Positions 25,404-32,000 of a stretch of DNA of 32,000 nt are shown here, in pieces; position 1 is the stretch's first letter; each line of letters begins with the position of its first letter. The position numbers and the translations under genes are program-made. The notes below the pieces were generated by a model. That model was not told where the DNA came from. It saw nothing but the letters and a program-made list of their open reading frames with translations, and ran no database searches. Source of the DNA: Microcystis aeruginosa NIES-2549 (GTDB lineage: Bacteria; Cyanobacteriota; Cyanobacteriia; Cyanobacteriales; Microcystaceae); contig NZ_CP011304.1 in the NCBI RefSeq assembly GCF_000981785.2, forward strand, positions 1,830,001 through 1,862,000. The letters run 5' to 3'.

Positions 25404-25539
25404 TTATCAAGGGGGGATCAAGGGGGGATTAAAGGCAAAATCCATTTTTAATTTAATTATAACCAGCTACTTATATCTAACTTATTAGAAACGACTAGAT
25501 AAAATTTTCTGAACAGCACAAATACTCGGAGATTTTTTG

Positions 25540-27522
25540 ATGTCTTTAACTTATCGCTGTCAACTACAGAATCGCTGGATTACACTGACGCAAGAACTGG
25601 CCGACAGTGGCGAGGCGAAAGTATGGCACACTAACTTTAATGGGTACTTAGCGAAAATCTACCACAATCCCCATAATGAAAGGGTTGATAAATTACAGTT
25701 AATGGTGAGAAATCGTCCCAGTGATCCTAACGTTCATCTTAACCATATTTCCTTCGCTTGGCCCTATTCTATCTTGGAAGATAACCAGGGAAAAGTCGTT
25801 GGTTTTTTAATGCCAGAAGTGGTGGGTTCAGAAACATTATTAAAGCTTTGTACGCCCATAATGAGAAGAAAATACAAGTTAGAAACTAATTGGTATATTC
25901 TTCATGTAGTAGCGCGGAATATAGCCGCTATTATCGAAGCAATTCACCTTAAAGGTTATGTTTTGGGAGACATCAAGCTAGAAAATATCTTAGTGAATAA
26001 TCGGGCGTTGCCTACAATTATTGATACAGATTCATTTCAAGTATCAGATCCGGATAGCGGTAAAATATATCGGTGTTTAGTTGGCTCAGAAGGATTTACA
26101 CCGGCGGAATTAATCGGAGTGAATATAGCAGATGTAAATCAAACAGAAGTGCATGATCGCTTTCGATTAGGAGTTGTTATTTATTATCTATTATTTAGCG
26201 GGCCGCCGTTTCGGGGATTGTGGCAAGGAGGAGGGGATTCCCTGGAACAGTCGGAACTAATTCGACGGGGACTATGGCCTTTTTCTGGTGATAAATTGCT
26301 TGTACCTAGTAATACTACCATACCATTAAATATTTTACATCCCGACTTACACGCCTTATTTTTGCGCTGTTTTAATGAGGGACATAAATTCCCCCACAGA
26401 CGACCGACGGCTAAGGAATGGTGCGATACTTTGGAAGCTGCACGACAAGAGGTTATACCCTGTGGCAAAGTTGATAATCATTACTACAGTCGCCGTTACG
26501 GAAAGTGTTATTGGTGTGAGCGATTTAGTGATTTAAATCTTGATATTTTTCCGGGGAACAGTATCGCTACTGTGACACCTACACCGTCACCTAAAGTAGT
26601 GCCACCACCTCCCCCACGCATACCTCCTCCAAGATGGTCGCGTCGTAAAGTTTTAATAAATTTGGGTTTAGTTACAGTAGGGACAGTCGCTAGTAATATT
26701 TTCGCTCAGTTGTTTCGTCAGAATCCTACTCCTTCTCCTTCACCTCGTCCTTCAAGTTCTCCATCTCCTCCTTCACCTCGTCCTTTAGCTCCTCCATTTA
26801 CCGAAAAACTACCCAATCGAGTCACACTAGAGATGGTGAGCTTACCAGCAGGTGAGTTTCTCATGGGTTCTCCTGACAGTGATCCCAATGCTCGCGATAA
26901 TGAAAAGCCTCAACACCAAGTTAAAGTAAACAGTTTTGCTATTGGGAAATATCCAGTGACTCAGGCACAATATCAAGCGGTAATGGGAACCAATCCCTCT
27001 CGGTTTCAAAATAATCCCCAAAATCCGGTAGAAAAGGTTAGTTGGAATGACGCTCAAGCCTTTTGTCGGAAATTGAGTCAGATAACAGGGAAAACCTATC
27101 GTCTCCCCACAGAAGCGGAATGGGAATATGCCTGTCGTGCGGGGACAACTACTCGCTATTATTTCGGTGATGATGCCAATCAGTTAGGAGATTACGCTTG
27201 GTATAAAGGAAATTCTCAGGCTAAAACTCATCCTGTGGGCCAGAAAAGGGCCAATGCTTGGGGACTGTATGATATGAGTGGCAATGTTTGGGAGTGGTGC
27301 GAAGACGATTGGCACGATAACTATATCGGAGCGCCAAAGGATGGCAGTGCTTGGCTAAAAAATGGTAATGATAATCGTTCTCCATTGCGGGGCGGTTCTT
27401 GGTACATCGATCCTTATAGCTGCCGTTCTGCTTACCGCTACTACTTCATCCGCCGCGTCCTCTACGACTACCCCTACTTCAACGGTTTTCGGGTGGTGTG
27501 CGGTGCTGGGAGGACTCTGTAA
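25540..27522 (+). CDS. Transmembrane Ser/Thr protein kinase with a C-terminal FGE/SUMF1 (formylglycine-generating-enzyme-like) domain
   Basis: ATG 25540. Kinase motifs are YLAKIY (Lys), LGDIKLENILV (catalytic loop), IIDTDSF (DFG-like) and GSEGFTPAE. These are followed by a Cys cluster (CGKVDNHYYSRRYGKCYWC), a Pro-rich linker, a TM helix (VLINLGLVTVGTVASNIFAQLF) and a Pro/Ser linker. FGE-sulfatase motifs follow (FAIGKYPVTQAQY, VSWNDAQAFC, RLPTEAEWEYACRAG, NAWGLYDMSGNVWEWC, LRGGSW). Confidence 0.85.
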   Translation: MSLTYRCQLQNRWITLTQELADSGEAKVWHTNFNGYLAKIYHNPHNERVDKLQLMVRNRPSDPNVHLNHISFAWPYSILEDNQGKVVGFLMPEVVGSETLLKLCTPIMRRKYKLETNWYILHVVARNIAAIIEAIHLKGYVLGDIKLENILVNNRALPTIIDTDSFQVSDPDSGKIYRCLVGSEGFTPAELIGVNIADVNQTEVHDRFRLGVVIYYLLFSGPPFRGLWQGGGDSLEQSELIRRGLWPFSGDKLLVPSNTTIPLNILHPDLHALFLRCFNEGHKFPHRRPTAKEWCDTLEAARQEVIPCGKVDNHYYSRRYGKCYWCERFSDLNLDIFPGNSIATVTPTPSPKVVPPPPPRIPPPRWSRRKVLINLGLVTVGTVASNIFAQLFRQNPTPSPSPRPSSSPSPPSPRPLAPPFTEKLPNRVTLEMVSLPAGEFLMGSPDSDPNARDNEKPQHQVKVNSFAIGKYPVTQAQYQAVMGTNPSRFQNNPQNPVEKVSWNDAQAFCRKLSQITGKTYRLPTEAEWEYACRAGTTTRYYFGDDANQLGDYAWYKGNSQAKTHPVGQKRANAWGLYDMSGNVWEWCEDDWHDNYIGAPKDGSAWLKNGNDNRSPLRGGSWYIDPYSCRSAYRYYFIRRVLYDYPYFNGFRVVCGAGRTL

Positions 27523-27581
27523 CCCTTATTTTCTTTTTACCCTTTTTACCCTTTTTTACCCTTTTTTACTTTTTTCTTTTT

Positions 27582-27609
27582 CCCGCCTAGCGGCGGGTCG
27601 ATTTTTTTT
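27582..27609 (+). terminator. Rho-independent terminator after the kinase gene
   Basis: CCCGCC TAGC GGCGGG followed by TCGATTTTTTTT. Confidence 0.65.
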
Positions 27610-27630
27610 GAGATATTCTAGATCTCGTAG

Positions 27631-27694
27631 GGTGCGTGTTTGCGGCAATCAATTCGGTCAAAAAACTCAAATTAACAATCCGCCGTAACGCACC
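27631..27694 (+). repeat. Long-loop inverted repeat related in its arm ends to hairpin family H
   Basis: GGTGCGTGTTTGCGGC (27631-27646) pairs imperfectly with GCCGTAACGCACC (27682-27694). It shares the GGTGCGT...ACGCACC arm ends with family H. Confidence 0.5.
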
Positions 27695-27891
27695 ACCTTT
27701 ATCATTCGGGTTGCGTGTGTCTTTCTGTGATTAACCCTTTGCCCTCTAGTCTTTTTGCCCTTTGCTCTTCTGTCTTTCCCACCTAACGGCGGGTCAATTT
27801 TCAGCATTTTAGGTCTCTTTTTCGTTCTGGGTCTCTAGATTTAATCTATCTGCTCTTGTCAAAAAACTCCAGTTCTCTAACTGGTAGGGGT

Positions 27892-28644
27892 TTACTCACT
27901 GATAACTGATGCTAGGGCCTGACGGGCAATTTTTGTGACGTAGAGGGTGACGGCAACGGTAGCGATAAAACCGATAAGACGAATAGTCCATGATAAAACT
28001 GGGTTAGTGGCTGCCGAGGTTCCGATAGTGGCAAGATTGCCCGCTAAAGAGCCAATATAGACATACATTATCGTCCCCGGAATCATGCCCGCGCAACCTA
28101 GTAGATAATCTTTCAGGGAAACCCCGGTGACACCATAGGCATAATTGAGCAGAGTAAAGGGAAATATGGGAGATAAACGGGTTAAAAGCACTATTTTTAA
28201 GCCTTCTTTCCCCACAGCTTCATCGATAGCTTGAAATTTACTATTACCTTGAATTTTTTCCGCCACCCAACCCCTAGCCAGATAACGTCCCACCAGAAAA
28301 GCGGCAGTAGCGCCGATAGTTGCCCCGATAAAGACGTAAAAAGAGCCTAAAACCAAGCCAAAAACCACACCAGCCCCTAAAGTTAGGATTGAACCTGGAA
28401 AAAAGGCCACAGTAGCTAGAATATAGATAATTATAAACGCGATCGCTCCCACAGCCCCCAAACTATCCACCCAAGTTAAGGCATGGAAAAGAATAGTTTG
28501 AGGATTAAAAGCGGTGGAGGCACTGGATTCGAGGGCAAAAGCGGGGGGAGTAGTCAGGAAAAAAACAAGGCTGAATGTAGTTAATAACAGTAAATGCCTG
28601 ATAATCACAGTTTTTCCCAAGGGCAAAAACTTAGAAATAATCAT
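27892..28644 (-). CDS. TVP38/TMEM64 (DedA-related) family membrane protein
   Basis: 250 aa, multi-TM. LTRLSPIFPFTLLNYAYGVTGVSLKDYLLG...GMIPGTIMYVYIGS is typical of the family. Confidence 0.85.
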   Translation of the reverse strand: MIISKFLPLGKTVIIRHLLLLTTFSLVFFLTTPPAFALESSASTAFNPQTILFHALTWVDSLGAVGAIAFIIIYILATVAFFPGSILTLGAGVVFGLVLGSFYVFIGATIGATAAFLVGRYLARGWVAEKIQGNSKFQAIDEAVGKEGLKIVLLTRLSPIFPFTLLNYAYGVTGVSLKDYLLGCAGMIPGTIMYVYIGSLAGNLATIGTSAATNPVLSWTIRLIGFIATVAVTLYVTKIARQALASVISE

Positions 28645-28908
28645 AAAAAGTCCCTATAAGGAATGAAAAAAGAGAGATTGAACTATAAAAGCGAATTAAA
28701 TAGAACTGGTGGCTATTCTACCGCGATTATGATTGTTTAGACCAGAAAGTCAATCCTGAAAATTCCCAGAAAATCCCCCTCTCTGGGAGAAGATAGGACA
28801 AGCAACAGCCCGGTAATTTTTGCTGTTTACTTGATAAGACCTCTTGCCGTCTCTGGGGAAAAAATGTCACAATTAGAAATAATTAGCATTGGATATAGCA
28901 ATTAATCT

Positions 28909-30294
28909 ATGAAAATCCTCCCCAAGGTCAAAGCCCCCACCTTCGTGCAAATGGCACAATGGATCATTAATCCCGTGGGTTTTATGGAAAATGCCGCCCG
29001 CAAGCATGGCGATATTTTTAGCACAAAAGTGGGTTTAACTGTAGATAATTTTATCTTTGTCAGTAGTCCTGCGGCTCTACAACAGGTTTTAACTAATGAC
29101 CGGAAACAATTTTCGGCACCGGGGGAAGCTAATCGGATTATTGCCCCGATTATTGGTGATTATTCCGTCGTCATGTTAGACGGAGATATCCACAAAAAAC
29201 GTCGTCAGCTTTTATTGCCACCTTTTCACGGGGAAAGAATGCGTTTCTACGGCGATTTAATCCGCGATATTACCCTGAGAGTAATGGCAGAATTGCCCCA
29301 AAATCAACCTTTTAAAGCCCGTTCAGCGACCACAGCGATTGCTTTACAAGTAATTATGGAGGCAGTTTTTGGAATTAGTCAAGGGGAACGTTATCAAACC
29401 CTGAAAAAAATTCTGGCTGAAATGCTCGATATTTTTAACTCTCCGGTGATGGCTTCTTTGTTATTTTTTCCAATTTTGCGGGCTGATTTTGGTGCTTGGA
29501 GTCCCTGGGGAAAATACCAGCGTTTCCAAGAAAAAATTGATGATATTATCTATACAGAAATTGCCGAAAGAAAAGCTAATCCTAACCCCAATCGCACCGA
29601 TATTTTATCACTACTGATGTCAGCCTGGGATGAAGAAGGCAACCCGATGAGCGATAAGGAATTGCGCGATGAATTAATGACCTTATTATTCGCAGGTCAT
29701 GAAACCACCGCCACCGCTATGTCTTGGGCGCTCTACTGGACTCATCGCTATCCAGAAATTCAAGCAAAAATTCTGCAAGAAATAGCCACTTTAGGAGATA
29801 ATCCTAACCCCATTGACATAACTCGATTACCCTATCTTTCGGCAGTTTGTTCGGAAACTTTACGCATTCATCCCGTGGGAATGTTAACTTTCCCGCGAGT
29901 AGTGCAAGAACCGGTAGAACTAGATGGTTATCCTTTAGAAAAAGGGACAATTCTTATGGGTTGTATTTATCTGGCCCACCACCGCGAGCAAACTTTCCCC
30001 GATTCCCATACTTTTAAACCAGAACGCTTTTTAGAAAAACAATTCACCCCCTACGAATATATGCCTTTTGGTGGTGGAGCGCGTCGTTGTATCGGGGAAG
30101 TTTTAGCCATCTACGAGATGAAAATCGCTATCGCCACAATTTTGGCTAATTATCAGTTAACTCTAGTTAATAATACCCCCGAAAAACCCAGCCGTCGCGG
30201 TTTAACCCTTGCTCCCTCGCGAGGAGTTCCCATGGTCTTAAAAGGACGACGGGAACCTCTGGTGACTGCCCCCATGCTCGCCGAAATTTCTTAA
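28909..30294 (+). CDS. Cytochrome P450
   Basis: Heme-binding loop FGGGARRCIGEVLA, I-helix LLFAGHETTA, ETLR (K-helix); 461 aa. Confidence 0.92.
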   Translation: MKILPKVKAPTFVQMAQWIINPVGFMENAARKHGDIFSTKVGLTVDNFIFVSSPAALQQVLTNDRKQFSAPGEANRIIAPIIGDYSVVMLDGDIHKKRRQLLLPPFHGERMRFYGDLIRDITLRVMAELPQNQPFKARSATTAIALQVIMEAVFGISQGERYQTLKKILAEMLDIFNSPVMASLLFFPILRADFGAWSPWGKYQRFQEKIDDIIYTEIAERKANPNPNRTDILSLLMSAWDEEGNPMSDKELRDELMTLLFAGHETTATAMSWALYWTHRYPEIQAKILQEIATLGDNPNPIDITRLPYLSAVCSETLRIHPVGMLTFPRVVQEPVELDGYPLEKGTILMGCIYLAHHREQTFPDSHTFKPERFLEKQFTPYEYMPFGGGARRCIGEVLAIYEMKIAIATILANYQLTLVNNTPEKPSRRGLTLAPSRGVPMVLKGRREPLVTAPMLAEIS

Positions 30295-30319
30295 AAAAAC
30301 TGACAAAATATTGTACAAT

Positions 30320-30357
30320 CAGAGTTGTGGTATCCCATATCATAACTCTGCTTTTTT
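30320..30357 (+). terminator. Terminator-like hairpin after the P450 gene
   Basis: CAGAGTT (30320-30326) pairs with AACTCTG (30344-30350), followed by CTTTTTTG. The loop is long (17 nt). Confidence 0.45.
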
Positions 30358-30379
30358 GTAAATAAAATTGGGGATAATT

Positions 30380-31363
30380 ATGGTCTTAATTCGTTTAGCT
30401 AAATCTTGGCAAATTTCCGAAAATGAAGTTACTTCCGAAAGTGTTTATTTTAACCGTCGTCGCTTTTTACAGGGGTTAATCGGGGCAGGAATTGCGGGTA
30501 GTTCCCTATTATTAACTGCTTGTGGTAAATCCTCTTCCTCGGAAGCTTTAGAAAAAAGTTTGCAATTACCTAAAATTGCAGGGTTCAGCAAGAATCCGAA
30601 TTTTTTAACGGTAAATCGCCCCATAGTTGCCGAAACTGTAGCGGGGAGATATAACAATTTTTATGAGTTCGGGGGTGGCAAAAATATCTGGTTAAAAGCG
30701 CAGAAATTACCGACGAATCCCTGGACGGTAGAAGTGGGAGGATTGGTAAAAAATCCCCAGACCTACGATATAGATACTATTAAAAAAACCTTCCCTCTCG
30801 AAGAAAGAATCTATCGTTTTCGTTGTGTGGAAGCTTGGTCAATGGTGTTACCTTGGCTGGGTTTTCCCATGAGTGCTTTAATCGCAGCGGTGGAACCAAA
30901 ACCAGAAGCTAAATTCGTCCGTTTTACCTCCTTTTATGATCCCGAAATTACCAAAGGGCCAGGATTACATTTAGGAGCCTTACCCTGGCCCTATGCAGAA
31001 GGTTTAAGAATTGAAGAAATGGCCAATGAATTAGCTTTCTTTGCCGTGGGAATTTTCGGGCATGATTTACCCAAACAACACGGCGCACCCTTGCGAATGG
31101 TTATTCCTTGGAAATACGGTTTTAAAGGAGCAAAATCGATAGTAAAAATTGAATTTACCGCCAAACAACCCGCCACCTACTGGAACACAATTGACGCTCA
31201 CGAATACGATTTTGAGGCTAATGTTAACCCCAGTAAACCCCATCCCCGTTGGTCGCAAGCAACGGAGAAATTTATCGGCAGTAGAAGTGATTTATCTTGG
31301 GAAATTATCGAAACTCTGCCCTATAATGGCTACGGTGAATATGTGGCTAGTTTGTATAGTTAA
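30380..31363 (+). CDS. msrP: Protein-methionine-sulfoxide reductase catalytic subunit MsrP (YedY-type molybdoenzyme)
   Basis: I start it at ATG 30380. Twin-arginine signal FNRRRFLQGLIGAG. NNFYEFG, YRFRCVEAWSMVLPW, LRMVIPWKYGFKGAKSIVKIEF match MsrP/YedY. No msrQ follows. Confidence 0.87.
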   Translation: MVLIRLAKSWQISENEVTSESVYFNRRRFLQGLIGAGIAGSSLLLTACGKSSSSEALEKSLQLPKIAGFSKNPNFLTVNRPIVAETVAGRYNNFYEFGGGKNIWLKAQKLPTNPWTVEVGGLVKNPQTYDIDTIKKTFPLEERIYRFRCVEAWSMVLPWLGFPMSALIAAVEPKPEAKFVRFTSFYDPEITKGPGLHLGALPWPYAEGLRIEEMANELAFFAVGIFGHDLPKQHGAPLRMVIPWKYGFKGAKSIVKIEFTAKQPATYWNTIDAHEYDFEANVNPSKPHPRWSQATEKFIGSRSDLSWEIIETLPYNGYGEYVASLYS

Positions 31364-31406
31364 TTTTGATGATTATCCTCGTTTTATTCAGTTTAACTAA
31401 GTATCT

Positions 31407-31865
31407 ATGGACAATAAAACTCTGTACGAACAAGACTTTTATCTCTGGATTAGAACTACTATTAATCAACTGCAAGCGAGACAGTTTGAGCGGGTAGATT
31501 TAGAGAATTTACTAGAGGAGTTAGCAAGTATGGGAAGGAGTGAAAAGCGCAAAATCGAAAATCTTTTGATTCAATTGCTGGTACATTTGCTGAAACTAAC
31601 CTACTGGACAGGAGAAAAATCTAGAAATGAGGGTCACTGGAAAGGGGAAATTATCAACTTTCGCCGACAAATAATCGAAGAAATTAAAGATAGCCCTAGT
31701 TTAAAACCCTATATTCTGGAAATTTTTGAGGAATGCTATCAATTTGCTAGAAAAGAGGCTCAAGTTAGAACTCAATTACCCCTCGATACTTTCCCCCCTA
31801 TTCCCATTGGTTCCCTTGAACAAATTCTCGATGAAGATTGGTTTCCCACTAATAACCACGAGTAA
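31407..31865 (+). CDS. DUF29-family protein
   Basis: LYEQDFYLWI, DLENLLEELASMGRSEKR...LLVHLLKL.YW are typical DUF29 motifs; 152 aa. Confidence 0.85.
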   Translation: MDNKTLYEQDFYLWIRTTINQLQARQFERVDLENLLEELASMGRSEKRKIENLLIQLLVHLLKLTYWTGEKSRNEGHWKGEIINFRRQIIEEIKDSPSLKPYILEIFEECYQFARKEAQVRTQLPLDTFPPIPIGSLEQILDEDWFPTNNHE

Positions 31866-31881
31866 TATATAGAGGTAAATT

Positions 31882-32000
31882 ATGGATAATAAAACTCTGT
31901 ACGAACAAGATTTTTATCTCTGGATTAGAACTACTATTAATCAACTGCAAGCCAGACAGTTTGAGCGGGTAGATTTAGAGAATTTACTAGAGGAATTAGC
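31882..32000 (+). CDS. Second DUF29-family paralogue, 3'-truncated by the window edge
   Basis: ATG 31882. Its first 119 nt differ from 31407-31525 at only 4 positions, all of them third codon positions. Confidence 0.8.
   Translation, partial: MDNKTLYEQDFYLWIRTTINQLQARQFERVDLENLLEEL

Noticed and set aside
27362-27688. 108-aa ORF overlapping the 3' end of the kinase gene and the repeat region
   Set aside because: It is an alternative frame of the FGE-domain coding region running into C/T-rich repeats, with a low-complexity translation.
31149-31400. 83-aa ORF overlapping the msrP 3' end
   Set aside because: It is an alternative frame within a well-supported MsrP gene, with no independent signals.

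Overview
The window looks like a chromosomal segment of a unicellular cyanobacterium. This is inferred from PSII genes psbT and psbY, GCGATCGC (HIP1) palindromes, heptanucleotide microsatellites and many MITEs, a style I associate with Microcystis-like genomes. Core genes are ubiD (5' partial), rplJ-rplL, psbT, nrdR, rpsA, an FHA-adenylate cyclase, a gamma-CA-like protein, psbY, an FAD oxidase, purB, infC, a 2Fe-2S ferredoxin-like protein, NnrU, thioredoxin, TVP38, a P450, msrP and two DUF29 paralogues. Two accessory blocks interrupt them. Block 1 (about 12.6-20.3 kb, between purB and infC) is visibly AT-rich. It carries an MNT antitoxin with a truncated hepT, and a translationally coupled COP23-domain gene plus trypsin/GUN4 protease. 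The protease is split by a 186-bp MITE with a perfect 8-bp target duplication. The block also holds a same-strand trio (repeat-containing membrane protein, orphan HigA with a higB stump, secreted protein). Finally, it holds a tight ABC-ATPase + DUF4276/TOPRIM-like pair bracketed by copies of a 46-53-nt hairpin repeat. I rank this pair as the best candidate for a poorly characterised conflict/defence module. Block 2 (about 23.1-27.6 kb) is a vWA + PP2C + Ser/Thr-kinase triad of the TerY-P type. Its kinase is a membrane receptor with an extracytoplasmic FGE/SUMF1-like domain. The triad is split by about 1 kb of toxin-less antitoxin genes. Four copies of a roughly 140-bp MITE family (7-bp target duplications in three) and several other repeat families are mapped. 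All family assignments come from motif recognition by eye; no searches were run.
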